Under the pieces are notes generated by a model that did not search any database, had not been told where the DNA came from, and saw only the letters and a program-made list of their open reading frames with translations. From Lama guanicoe (taxonomy: Eukaryota): a stretch of 64,000 bases of DNA. The stretch's first letter is position 1. Every line of letters starts with the position of its first letter. The stretch covers positions 4,073,434 through 4,137,433 of the forward strand of contig MU053994.1 of the NCBI GenBank assembly GCA_013239625.1, in the 5' to 3' direction. Below are positions 49,757 to 62,760 of the stretch, piece after piece. A program made the position numbers and the translations under genes.

Positions 49757-51108
49757 ACTGGGAGACCCTCCTCAGACTGTTCTATGGTTCAGGCTTGTTC
49801 TGGAGTGAATGAAGGGGGCAACTTCTTATGTGAATAAAAGGAAGTCGTCCCAGGAGTCAGAGCTCCTCAGTATTCACAAGCCATCCTTATTCCCAGCTTG
49901 GCAAAGCTGGCAACACAGAGCAGTTGCTGTCCAGGTTCTTTTCTGGGGTGTCAGCCTGAACTCGGTGCTTCTCACAAGCTTGGGTGGAAAAACAAATACT
50001 TCTGGGTGATTGAATTAGTGATGTGCAGTGCATCCACCCATTCTTCGCGCACGCTAATATCCTTCCCTGGAGCAAGCCAGCCCCTCAGCGGTGTGTGTGG
50101 ACTCCCCTGCCATATTGCTCTTCCTAGATAATGTTTATATGGTGGCACCAAGGGAAGTATAATAAACTGCCCTGTGAAGCCCGTTTCTGTACTAACTGTG
50201 GGGATGCTATTGAGGAAGTTGTCTGTTATGTTCCTGTTTGTGAGGACCCAAGGGAGACATTTCCCTCTGGTTCTCCTGAGCATCCGGTTTGATTTTTCAT
50301 CTTATGGAAGTTGTAAATCAAGTGTCTGGTTTTGTCTCTCACATCTCCTTTCTCTAGCAGAACTATGAAGACTTAGAACATACATTTCGGGTACCAATAT
50401 TACCCCTGGCTCCAGGTTATCTTAACTACTTGAATTTTTTCCTTTACCTTGATTTTCTTATTTGCTTCTTATTAATTGCTTCTTATCTTATATTCTTAAA
50501 TATATTTAGGTAAGCCACCCTGAAATCAGTCTGCCACAATTTGGGCCTGAATAAATCATTTAAAAACCATGTTAAGTGATTAAAAAATAATACAACACCT
50601 AAAGCACATTTCCCCTCAAGAAATTATTAATTATGTGATATTTCTGCACAGGCCCTTTTGCCAGAACATCAGAACCTCATTTCGTGAGAAAGGATCCAAG
50701 TTTTTTTAATGAAACCTTAGACATTCTCAGCTGAGGAAAAAAAGAAAAGAAAAGCAATCTCATTTTTCTTTCTTCTAATTTTTTTTCTTTTTCTCTTTTG
50801 CACTATGATTATTGTTCATTTAAGGGTACAAAAGTTCTCTGAGGCCTCCAGTTCATTCTTATTCAAGTAGGTTTAGTCAAATTACACATGACAAAGATCA
50901 CAAAGGCCTTCCTAATCTGCAGTGTTTTCTGCTCCTGGGAGAACTGGCCTTGCGGGCTCCTTTCTCTTCCCTGAGTCAGCGCTTGGCTCATCCAAAGCTA
51001 AGGGGCCCCAGCTCAGACTGTTAGAAATAATAAGCCAGGAGAGAGAGCGAGAACAACAGCCCATATTTTAAATTTGAAAAGGAGCCCTGCTCTTTACATG
51101 GCAGAACA

Positions 51109-51110
<2 letters not shown>

Positions 51111-51148
<38 letters not shown>
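51111..51148. repeat. (TG)19 microsatellite at the L1 tail
   Basis: Direct read. Confidence 0.97.
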
Positions 51149-51151
<3 letters not shown>

Positions 51152-51600
51152 AATTGAAGTATAGTAAGTTACAATGTGTCAATTTCTTGTGTACAGCATA
51201 ATGTTCCAGTCATGCATATATATACATATATTCATTTTCATTAAAGGTTATTACAAGATATTGAAGATAGTTCCCTGTGCTCTACAGAAGATATTTGTTT
51301 TTAATATATATACATATATATATATATATATAAATAGTGGATAACATTTGCAAATCTCAAACTCCCAAATTTAACCATTTAGCCCTTCCCACCCCCTTTC
51401 CCCCAGTAACCATAAGTTTGTTTACTAAGTCTGAGAGTCTGTTTCTGTTTTGTAGATGAATTCATAGTGTCCTTTTTATTTTCTTTTTAAATTCCACATA
51501 TGAGTGATATCATATGGTATTTTTCTTTCTTTCTGGCTTACTTCAATAGAATGACAATCTTCAGGTCCATGCATGTTGCTGCAAATGGCATTATTTTATT
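51149..51600 (-). mobile_element. Young lineage-specific L1 3'UTR insertion
   Basis: attgaagtatagtaagttacaatgtgtcaatttc...agttccctgtgct...ttgcaaatctcaaactccca...catgttgctgcaaatggcatt; TSD core caattgtgt (51107-51115 / 51620-51628). Confidence 0.93.
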
Positions 51601-53669
51601 AAAATAAAGTAAAATAAAGCAATTGTGTTTTTAATACAGTTAAGAAAAAAAGGGACTGGGGGACTCAAGGAAATGAAAAAAAAACGCATCTCTACAACCC
51701 CACTTAATTGTGACACTAAATTCTAGAGTGGGCTAATACCTCTCAGGCTAAAGAGATACCGAACTATCTAGCTAAGGTTATTTTACCTGCTCAGGGCTGA
51801 ATCCCCTTATCTTCTTATTCCTCAAAGAAAAGTTCTGGTCGTTTGCTGATTAAGTGATATAAGCTGGGTAAGTCTGCATTCATTCTAATAGTCTTCTTTT
51901 ATTTTTTTTTTCATTTTTTTCCCAGCCTTGTTTAACACAGTTTCTGGTTAACTCTTCATATAATTTTAAAATTATTTCTAACTAGGACATAATCTGGTGA
52001 TTTCTTTCTTCATTTCCGTTATTGCTAAAATTTCTTGCCCCCTTAAAAGGTCCAATTTTTAACTGCATATCTAAATTAGATTGCTCTTAATTTATTTTTG
52101 ACCTGGTGCCGACCTGATTTCAAGTTCAGGTAGTTATGTTTTATCTCAGAATTTATGAATCAATTTTCTATTCTACATCTTCCTGACTGTCAAGGTTCTT
52201 ATGACCTTGACATGGCATTCTTTTATTTACTTCTTCCATATTATACACCATCCTCCTCCTTATGATTTATTGTCTATTTCTATGTCCCGTCCACTGGCCA
52301 TTCACAGTAATACTTCAGATCAATGTTCGCCTTGTGGCCCTATGCAAATTATAGTTGCACTTTCGTGACAATCTCTGCTCATTCTGTGCCCATTCACGAA
52401 GGCTCCTTGTCTGCCTCTTTCTGAGCTGCCTTAGAGGTCCTCTGAGGTCACATCCTGTTTTGACTGATGGGGACATGAAATTGAGGCCCCAAAACAAATC
52501 ATCTAAAGTAAACAAACACCTCGAAACCAAAGCATCCATCAGAGAGTAATGACATTTGTAGAGTATAAAAAAGATTAAGATTGATTTTGAATGGCTGTCA
52601 ACACGTGGTGGGGTATGTGTGCACGTGTGTAGGTGAGTAGCAGAATATTTGCAGCCTGGAGAGAAACAGAGGCAGGACCTCACAGTGTAGAGGCTAACCT
52701 GAAACCCCAGTGGGAAGACATGTAAGTGATGTTACCTGGGACCGATTTTCGCCAGCTACCAGGGAGGTGAGGGTGTGATTCCTCCATGTAACATACACCA
52801 CTGCGGCATCCTGGATGCTGGCTTTCTCTGATAAGAAGAGAATGCTGGAGAATCTTTTTACTTGACTCCAGTTACTTGTTAGTAGGTAACAAGGAAGCCT
52901 ACACATCTTGCCACCATGCCGTGTCCCAGAGGGGGCCCACCTGCCATCCCCTGCTGTCTTATATCAACCTTTCTGAGCACAAGTGAGCCAAGTGCTTCAT
53001 GAATGCTTAATTTCAATGAACTGGCAAGACTGTTTATTTCACTTAGAGTGCCATTTCTGCTCCATATTTGACTCATTAAATGTGTTTATGCGACAGTCAC
53101 TAAATCAGAATCCTTTCTAATTTGGTGGCTCTGTCGTAAGGCTTTAGAAGCTATATAGGTTCACTGTGTGTAAATCATGCTGCACCCGCATTCTCTTTCT
53201 TTATACCAATTCCCAAAATCTCAGTTAACAAAAACATCCAAAAAAGAAAGTCCAAGAAGCATATTACACATCATTTGATCAGTAAAGACCATATTACACA
53301 ATCAAAGGGACATTAAACAAAACAATAGCAATGCTTATCATGTTGAGAACTTACAAGGTGGCAGGCACATACAGAGATACAAAGCAATTTGCATGTAGTT
53401 TATCTAATCCTAATAGCAACCCGGAAAAGTGGTATTGTAGAAATACAGAAAAGAACAATTCTTATTCCCCACTCCAGAGGGGAAAGGCCAGCTGGCTGGT
53501 TCCTACAGGAATCTGTTACCTTTGTGAATCTCACCCTGACTCAACTCAGGAGCCTAAACATGTGATTATGCTGGTTCCGTGAATGTGGAGCCATCTCTCG
53601 GGTAAATCATAAGCCAAAGAGAAATCACCAGCAGGAAAACCAGATACTCAAACTCACATGCTCAGCATA

Positions 53670-54150
53670 TGTATCAGTCAGAGGCTCAACGGGACACAGA
53701 TGGCATGCTGAAATTAGGATAATTGGGGGGGGGTCATAAAGGGGTTATTTACAAAAGTATGGGCAGAAGTAGGGAAACTATACAGGATAGTGCAGAACTA
53801 ACGGCTGATAAAAATTGCTCTATTTCCACTTCTGGGCCTGAAAGGATGAGGGGAATGAGCGGTTTCAATGAGAAAGTTTTGGAGAAGGGACCCCACTGAT
53901 AGGAGCTGCAATCTTCAATTGAGAGACTCAGCCTACCCAAACCAATCTTACAAGGAGACAGCTGTAGGAATAAATGCACTGAAATCACTCTTCTCTCCAA
54001 TTTCCAGGTAGGGCTTCCCTTTGGAGAAGCCAAGCAAGAAGCCACAGGGAAGATTGTTCTTTGAGACAGTCTGTTGAGGTCAACTTCCTGGAGTAAAGAG
54101 CAAGGTAGAAAAGGGTAGAAAGTAAATATTTAAAGATACAGAATATCTTC
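53670..54150 (-). mobile_element. ERVL solo LTR (LTR41-like)
   Basis: tgtatcagtcagagg...cagatggcatgctgaaattaggataatt...tatttacaaaagtatgggcag...gggaaactatacaggatagtgcag. Confidence 0.8.
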
Positions 54151-54431
54151 TCCTTAACCCAAACCTTTATCAGAAGCCACTTCATTAACTTATCATAAGT
54201 AATAACCATACCAAGGGATCCTTGGAATTTATGTGGTCAGCCCATTGCCCAGTGTAGGCAAACTATGTGAAAGGTCAGATCATAATTAGAAATATGTTGG
54301 TGAGCATGGACTCAGAGGAAGGGAAGCCAGGAGTAATTGATGATGTCAATATAGGGTTGCCTGATACATCCATATTACAGAAGGGATGACTTCATTCCTG
54401 GGACTAGAATACTGAAAGCTAAAAAGCCCTC

Positions 54432-54868
54432 TGGCATCTATTGCTGCATAACAAACCACCCCAAAACTTAGTGATTTAATAAACAATAAATTAATTTTCG
54501 TAATTCTGTGGGTTACAAGTGGTTCTTCAGAACTGGCAACTTGTTTGGGGGTAGATGGTCTAGAATGGCCTCGCTCACATATATGGGGCCTCAGCTGGGG
54601 TGGCTGAGATGTCTGGACAGATAAGGCCTCTCTACAGGTAGGCTCTCATCATCCAGGAGGTTAGCCTGGGCTTGTTCACATAATGAAGAAAGAGTTCCCA
54701 GCAGCAAGGGAAGGCAAGCCCCACCTATATAAGCACTGTACAAACTTCTGCTTGTGTAATATTTGCCAATATCCCATTGGCCAAAGCAAATCACATTGAC
54801 AAAATCAGATTCAAGGTTGGGGGAATAGGAGGTACTTCTTGATGGATGGAGCTTTCAATCTACCACGC
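54432..54868 (-). mobile_element. MLT1H-like MaLR LTR
   Basis: atctattgctgcataacaaaccaccccaaaacttagtga...tagcctgggcttgttcacat...cccattggccaaagcaaatcac...aatctaccac. Confidence 0.85.
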
Positions 54869-55169
54869 CTGTATTTCCATGTTAGAAATGGTTTCTCCTG
54901 CTGGATAGGAAACACTCAAAATTTATTGGCTTACACTCTGTCTCCCTTTCCCAATATTTGGACAATTGTATGTGTCGTATACTGCTGTGTTCCTATGGCA
55001 AACTCCTACTCTGATTGCAGTTGCTACCAGGTCTTATGGCCATTCTGTCTTTTTAGGGCTATTGAGCAATATCATTGTTGTTAATGTTTAAGCTCAATTC
55101 TCAGACAAAACTTATTTTCCTGGCTTATAATTTTTAAGGGGCTCTTAAATTTAGTCCTAAAGCCTGAAC

Positions 55170-55290
55170 AATAGGTATTATTACTTCCATTTTCAGATGA
55201 TAGAATTGAGAACACAGACAGTAGAGGCTGGATTTGAACTCAGGTCTAACAGAATCCTTAGCCTGTTCTCTTTCCTTTATACTCAGTTAC
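55170..55290 (-). mobile_element. MIR fragment
   Basis: taggtattattacttccattttcagatgatagaattgag...gtagaggctggatttgaactcaggtct. Confidence 0.75.
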
Positions 55291-56299
55291 TTCTCCAAAT
55301 TTATATGAAAACATTTCTAAACCACAAAGTACTACTGAAATATAAAGGGACAACATCATCATGTTTATTATTATTAGAATTGCCTGTATCATTCAGAGTA
55401 GAGTCCTAGTTCATAGTGAGGTAACAGCTCTCCAACAGACAATTTTCATTCTTTTCTCTTCTCTGGAACCATCAATTAGCACTTTATAAGACTTATTTAA
55501 GAATCAGTCTTTATTAAAAGGTTGAGTTGGATGGTTTTCCATTCTATGAAATAGCCATTTTTTCTTTTAAATTAGCCGTCATGTCAATAGGAAAGCCCAT
55601 TGGTTGAGCAACCAGACTACAAGGTGTACAAATTAAAACATCTGGGGAGCAAGCATGTCTCATGTTCCCGTTATACTTTACATCAGGGGCAAGGACAAGC
55701 TCACAGGCTGATAAGAACTCAGTCCCTGCCTTCAGGAAAATCACTGTCTAATTTAGGGTCATCAGCTAATATTTAATTATGACTTAATTAAGTCAATATT
55801 CCCCTATATTCAAATAGATTGTAGGTTTCTTAGTGGCAAGACTATGGATTTTATGCTTCTTTCGTGTAGCATCCAGCACATAACACACATAAGAAGTATC
55901 CGAGATTATTTTAATTAATAATTTGATTGAAAATTGAAAGAAGTTAATGAGCAAGAGTTGAGGGAGAAAAGTGACTCTTTTTTATAACACTATGGGTGAA
56001 CATTAATAGTTTGGATCAATCAAGAATTTAGTTTGGCTGCAATAATAGACACCCAAATAAGAACAGCAACAAAGATAGGGGATTTATTTTTATTTCAGAT
56101 AACATTACATTTAGAGCTGGGGAAAAAGAGGTAAGACAGATTCGTGGGTATCACTGATGACATCATCTCCTTGGCTTTTTCTACTGCATCTTCAAGCACA
56201 AACATTACAATATGCATTATCAATTTCAGCATCTCTCAACATCTAGTTTGGGAAATGCTAATCTAAATGAATCCCTTTATCTTACAGATTCAATAGAAT

Positions 56300-56670
56300 T
56301 TTGTTCAATAAATATTTATTGAGCAGAAACTAGATACCAAAAACTGATTCAGAAGCTCTGGAAAAGGACAGGTAAGGAAATCAAGATCCAAATGTGTGAA
56401 GTGGCTTGAAAGTTGACACATCAAGTAAATAAACTGAGCCAAGGCTAGCTCTCCAACTGCCATGTTCCCTTCTTTTGACAAATACGACTAAACCGCACAA
56501 GAAATTATATAGGGCAGGCATTATTGTAGCAATTCTCCTTTTTCAGATTAGTAAGTGGGCTCAGGGACAAAGAGTAAATTACCCAAGGTTACCCAACTAA
56601 CAAAATACTGAACAATAACTGGCCTGACCTGTCTGGCCCCAGATTCTTCACTTTTCTGCTACAGCCTGTT
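56300..56670 (-). mobile_element. L2 tail and MIR fragments
   Basis: ttcaataaatatttattgagca; ttttcagattagtaagtgggctcaggga...aaattacccaaggttaccca. Confidence 0.6.
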
Positions 56671-57374
56671 TATTTTCCTGTTGTGTCTTTGATATGGCAA
56701 AGATAGAATCAGCTCTGGGTGCAGAAGCTGGCATGCCCTAAGGGGTTTGGGGCTAGGATTTAGGGTAAGTTCCTTGTCCTAGAAGGACCTGCTACAGGAA
56801 CATGAAAACAGAGGCTTGGGCTTTAAAGATGCCAGTGAGCTGGCCACCTCTGATGGAGATTAGTCTACACATTAGGCTGTACTTAACCCATCCAAGGTCA
56901 CTGCAGACCCCAGATGTGTTATGCCAGACTATTGCAACACTCCTATTGCCAATAGAGTCTTCAGTGCATGATCCAGACATTATTGTTCAAGTCCTGGGCA
57001 GGGCTGAACTTGCCAGTTGTACAGAGTAGTGGCTTGCATGAGTTTTCTGACACTCCTCTTACAATCCTTTCTTTCCTTGCAACATACTCCCTTTGCTGTA
57101 CGTGTTCTTTATATCCCATCTGCCACTAACTCCTTTCTTAGGTTTCAGCCTTAGATAAGTATTTTGAAGGCTTTCCTTTATCTTTTCCATTGCCAGTCTT
57201 CAGTGGTGGATTCCTGGATTACTGTCATAGAGAGACTAAGTATAATGGCTGTTTCCAGACTCTCCCATTCCACAGCATCTTGCCCTAAGCGTACAGAAAA
57301 ATTTTATTTAAACCTTGTGCTATTTCCATGTTAAAAATGCATACACAATACCTAGCTTGTCATTACTATCTTTT

Positions 57375-57790
57375 GCCAAATATGACAGACATTCCTGATG
57401 ACTTATCCATGTCCCTTTCCCCCTTAATGACAGAGCTCTAGTTTTATTCAAGGCAGAAAAATGCCTAGTGAAAAGGCCACATTTGTAAGTCTTTCTTGAA
57501 GATATGGATGAGCTACTTATTGCAGTGAGAAGAAAGCACTAAATAGCCCCCTAGAAAAATCTATTAAAATATGGCTGACTTAGCTAGGAGGAGCCAGAAT
57601 GTAGACTTTCATGGATGTTAATTAGGGAGAGAGAATTCATGCACAAAGGAGCAGAAAAACAGAAGGCACTTGTCTCTGAAAACCTCATAGACCTGCCATG
57701 ACAGCCCTGGACAGCCTATGTCTAGAATTATTTTCATGTGAGAGAAATAAGTCTAAGCCAAGTATAGGCTGTTCCCAGTTCCCAATTAAC
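57375..57790 (+). mobile_element. MLT1J/I-like MaLR LTR
   Basis: ctgccatgacagccctggacagcctatgtctagaattattttcatgtgagagaaataa...taagcca. Confidence 0.7.
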
Positions 57791-58049
57791 ATCAATGATC
57801 CATTGCAGTAAATAAGGCATACTACATGAAAATGCTAACTGGGAGCTTATTTTCCATTATTTTAAATGAGAAAAAAAATGAGTTAAATGTCAGTGTCAGC
57901 CAAAACCAGCTCACCAGTTTCTTAAAACATAACTAAAACACAGTCAAATGCCAATATTTAAGTAACAATAAATTGTGTTGAGATGTAAAATGCTCAAACT
58001 ACGGCTTCCTGACATGCAAACAATCAATATAGTTTTCAACAAACAATTG

Positions 58050-61000
58050 GACTTTCATTTCCACCCAAAATGGAGTCACAGGTACCAGATTTATCTACTC
58101 AACAGAAATAACCCCCAAATTGGAAGAACAACAGTTTTTAAGACACTGGACATCATGTAACAAAAGACAGTGCTTCCTGATGAATGAGAAAGAAATGAGA
58201 TAAGCCCAATGAATTGGCCTAGTTTACTGATTTGAAAGAATTTCCAGACTGAAGTGCAGAGAGGAGGGGACTAAGGCAGAGCCAAAAGGATTCCCCGAGT
58301 TCAGGAGATGTGCATGAGAGTCTAGAAAGAAGAATAGAGTTTGCATGGCAGAGTATCCAAGAGGAGATAACTTCACAAAGAGAAAACTTTGGTGATTTGC
58401 AGGGGATCATTCTTGAGTATTCAGCAGAGTATTGATCAGTGCATGCAAGTGTGGAAAATCCTGAGGCTGGGGAAAGAACCACCCCAAAGGATTATAAGTT
58501 ATAGTGCAAGGTGCTCACACTGGGTCAGAAATAATCCCACTAGCTATACTGGAAAAAATCTCATGATTCATGAAGGACCATGAAGAATCTCATGATTCAC
58601 AGAAGGGTCTTATCTCAGTAGTAGGGAATAATAAGTACTAGACAGCACTGTTCCAGTCCCACCTAATGAATTTTAAAAGCAAAACTCTGAATACCTGGCA
58701 TTTAATTAAAAATTACCAGGCATGCATAAAAATAAGAATACATGACCTATGCAGCCATACCTTGGAGATGATGCAGGTTCAGTTCAAGACCACCACAATA
58801 AAGCAAATATCACAATAAAGTACATCACATGAATGTTTTGGTTTCCCAGTGCATATAAAAGTTATGTTTATACTATACTGTAGTGTATTACGTATGCAAT
58901 AGCATTATGTCTTAAAAAGTACATATCTTAACTTAAAAATACTCTATTGCTAAAAAATGCTAACCATCATCTGAGCCTTCAGTGAGTTGTAACCTTTTGC
59001 TGGTGGAAGATTTGAAATATTGCAAGAATTACCAAAATGTGACACAGAAACATGAGGTGAGCAAATGCTGTTGGAAAAATGGCACAAATACATTTACTTG
59101 ACACAGACTTACCACAAACATCCAATTTGTAAAACAAAAAACAAACAAAAAACAGTATCTGTGAAGTGCAATAAAACTAAGTATGTCTGTAATGACAAAA
59201 ATAATCACACAATTAAAACTGACCTAGAACTGGTGAAGTGGTTACAATAAGTAAACAATGACATTAAGACAGTTATTATAACTGTATTCTGTATGTTCAA
59301 AAAGTTAAATAGTGATATGGGGGATAAAATAGATGTCCCAAATCAAAATTCTAAAAATGAAAACAGTAATGTCAGAGATGCAGAGTACACTGGGTAGAAT
59401 TAATGGAAGATTAGTTATTGCAGAAGAAACGATTAACAAATTTGAAGACATAAAAAGAAACTACAAAATAAAACACACAGAGAAAAAATAATTGATAAAA
59501 AAAATGAAAAGAGCACCCATGAGTTGTGGAACAAATATACTAATATACTAATACACGAGTAATTGGAGTTCCTGAAAGAGAAGTGGGGAATAAAGAAACT
59601 TTTAAGAAATAATAGCCCACAAATTTCTAAATTTTATGAAAAATATGGACCCAGAGATTCAAGAAACTCAACATATCTCAGGGCCTGGAAAGATGAAAGC
59701 AACTACTCCAAAGCACATTACAGTAAGTTTGCACAAAACTACTGATAAATAGAAAATCTTTAAAACAGTGAGAGAAAAATATATGTTATATAAAGAGGAG
59801 CAAAGATCAAAATAACAGTGGATTTCTTGTGGGAAACAGTCAAGTGAGGAGATGATGAAGCCACATCTTTAAAGTTCTAGAAGGAAAAATGGGTCAAACA
59901 AGAAATAAAGAGAGGAATTAAAAAGTATTTCGAACCAAATAAAAATTAAAATACAGCTTTTTGTTGGGTGCCACTATTTAGGGGAAATTTATAACACTAA
60001 ACACATTAGAGAAGGAGAAAGGTCTCAATCAATGACCTCCACTTCAACCTGAAGAAACTAGAAAAATAAGGAAATTAGCAAATGTAAGGGAAAAATAATA
60101 AAGTTTAGAGCAGAAATCAAGGGACCAGAAAAGATAAAAACAATAAAAAGATCCTGAAATTTTAAGTTGGTTCTTGCAAAAAATCAATAAAATTGATAAA
60201 ACTCTTTCCAAACTGATTAAGAAAAAGAGAGGGAGAGAGAGTGTGAGAGCGTAAAAGAGGAAGAGAGAGAAATACTAATTACCAACATCAGAGATGAAAG
60301 AGATAATTACAGATTCTGTAGATATACGAAGGATAAAAATGGCATGGTATATTGAGAACTACTTTATGCCAATCACTTTGAGAACAGATAAAATGGACAA
60401 ATTCCTTGAAAGATACAAACTACCAAACTCTCTCAAGAAGAAATAGATCGTCTAAATAGCCACATATCTATTTTTAAAATTAAATATGTTGTTAAAAACT
60501 TTCTCATAAAGAAATCCTCAGACTTAGATGGCTTCACTGGAGAATTCTATAAACATGTACAAAGAAATAACACCAGTTCTTCACAAACACTCCCATAGAA
60601 TAAGAGACAGTAAACAAGTGCATGAAAAGATATGCAACCTCGTCAGTCGTTAGAGAAATACAAATTAAAACCCCAATGAGACATCACTAGATATTCATTA
60701 GAGTGGCTCCAATTGAAAAGACAGATCATACCAAATATTGACAAAGATTTGGAGAAACTGGAATGCTTTACACTTCTGGTGGGAATATAAAATGGTACAA
60801 CCACACTGGAAAACATTTTGATTGTTTTTTAACACGTTATATATACCCCTATCAACTGACCCAGGAATTCTACCCTAGGTAATCACCCAAGAGAAAAAAA
60901 AAAAGTATATATCCACGCAAACACTGTACATAGCAACTTTTTTTTTAATAGTCCCAAACTGTAGCCCCAGCTGGTGAAGGAATAAATAAACAAATGGATG

Positions 61001-61405
61001 TATTGAATGGGATACTACTCAGCAATAGAACGGAACAAACTATTCATACACACTGCAACATAGATGAATCTCAAAATAATTATGCTGAGTAATGGAAGCT
61101 GGACAAAAAGGAATATATGTCGTATGATTCTATTTATATAAAATTCCGGAAAATGTAGTTTGACCGGTAGTGACAGATAATAGATCACGGGTTTCTCAGG
61201 AAAGGGAGGTTGGAGCTGGGAGGGAAATGGAGGAGGCATTCCAAAAGGACACAGGGACCTTTCGAGAGTGATGGACATGTTTATTATTTTGCTTGTAGCT
61301 ATGGCCCCATGCATATGTACATATGTCAAAAATTATAGACAAATTCTTTAAATATGTACAGTTTACTGAATGTCAATTAGAACTTGGTAAGGCTGTTTAA
61401 AAAAG
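58050..61405 (+). mobile_element. L1MD-like element with both ends, large internal deletions and a nested Tigger
   Basis: 5'UTR from ggactttcatttccacccaaaatggagt; ORF1-like 59190-59900; ORF2 pieces (aaaatggacaaattccttgaaagatacaaactacc, gatggcttcactggagaattcta); 3'UTR ending tgtcaattagaacttggtaaggctgtttaaaaaa. Confidence 0.85.
58752..59189 (-). mobile_element. Tigger1-derived non-autonomous element (Tigger1a-like, TcMar)
   Basis: Terminal inverted repeats cagccatacctt / taagtatgtctg, TA at the right flank; both Tigger1 ends joined near ttttgctggtggaag|atttgaaatattgc. Confidence 0.88.
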
Positions 61406-61661
61406 CAACAGTTTTCTTTGCAGTTACCTCATTTTCATCACTAGGCTGGCTTCAAGTCCCCTTTGTTGTCCCTCTGCAAAACGTCTTCTTCACATATTAT
61501 GACATTTACTAATTGTATTTGGAATGTAACTTAACACTTCTCCCACACGGTATTTTGTCTTAAAAATGTTACAAGTGTTTAAATGTGAAAAAAAGTTTGA
61601 AATATAATTTTTACTATAGAAATACAAGCCCTAAAGTGATCTATTGCAAAGTACCTACATT

Positions 61662-62220
61662 TGTGACTTGGGTTCAGCAGAAAGCAGAGCCTGACGCTCC
61701 TGAGGCTCATGTGCCATTGTTGTATCAGGGATACTATTCCAGGGAGCAGGAGAGGAACAAAGAGAGCCGAGCAGCTAAAGGAGAGTAAACATAAAATTGT
61801 GCTGTTGAATTTGCTGTTGCTAAGTGCAACGCAACGCTAGATTTGTGGCACTCGGCCCCCAAGAAACTCTCTCTATAAAATGCGCTCAAGGACTCCACTG
61901 GGGACAGTGTGTCGATAAAGAGGAAAATATTTATCCATTGGTTCCTGTTTCCTGTTGGCCAAAGGTTTACTCCACAGGATATTAACTTGCCTCCACTTAA
62001 CAGTTTACACAGGTCAGGGTGAGAGTGCAGGACAGAGTACCAAGGAGAGAGGCTTTAGGTGCAGGTAGGAGGCAGGGCACTCTCTGGTCGGGGCCGTAGG
62101 AAGAAAGAGCCTTCATTGAGCTGCCTGTCACCACAACAGCACAAAACGAAACATAACAAAACAAAGCGCAACAGATGAAGCCAAGAGGATCTGAAACGGA
62201 CGACACAAATGTCTGGCACA
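61662..62220 (-). mobile_element. ERVL solo LTR (LTR16-like)
   Basis: ttgggttcagcagaaagcagagcctga...ccagggagcaggag...atttatccattggttcctg...ttggccaaaggtt...gtctggcaca. Confidence 0.65.
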
Positions 62221-62419
62221 TCTGTGTCCCATGATTATTAAGAACTGGGGCAGGTCTAAAATAGTTTTGTTGTTGTTGTGTGTCCTAAATGATGTATGTA
62301 ATCGCCAGCGAATCCTACCTGACCTACCGCATTTTTTCACATGAGTATGCTCCTTCAATCAGTCTTGCGGCACTCATCCCTGATGGACACTAGATTTACT
62401 TCAAGTGTTTTTATGAACC

Positions 62420-62760
62420 ACTGACTTCTGGGCTTCATCTCCTACCAATTAATACAGAGTAGATTTGCAGATACATACTACTATATATAAAAGAGTTAAA
62501 CAGCAAGGCCCTACTTGATAGCACAGGGAACTATGTTCAATACCATGTAATAGCTTATAATGAAAAAGAATATGAAAAGGAATATCTGTATACATATAAC
62601 TGAACCACTATGGTGTACGCCAGAAATTAACACAACATTGTGAACTGACCATACTTCAATTAAAAAAAACAAAAACAGAATGCCTGGGATGGGCCTGGGT
62701 ATTAGTATTTTTTAAAGCTTCCAGGTAATTCTAATATGTAGACAAGATAGAGAACCATTG
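62420..62760. mobile_element. MER5A-like DNA transposon split by a young L1 fragment
   Basis: ttctgggcttcatc...[L1]...ctgggatgggcctggg...tattttttaaagcttccaggtaattctaatatg...gagaaccattg. Confidence 0.75.
62461..62671 (+). mobile_element. Young lineage-specific L1 3'UTR insertion
   Basis: agatttgcagatacatactactatatataaaa...atagcacagggaactatgttcaata...cttcaattaaaaaaaa; TSD aatacagagt (62451-62460) / aaaacagaat (62672-62681). Confidence 0.92.

Noticed and set aside
50440..50560. Possible ancient LINE (L4/RTE-X-like) 3' tail, gtaagccaccctgaaatc...aataaat
   Set aside because: Resemblance too short and diverged to call without an HMM search.
14398..52350. Octamer ATGCAAAT hits near 14398, 24978 and 52342
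   Set aside because: About chance frequency for AT-rich DNA; no adjacent Sox site seen.
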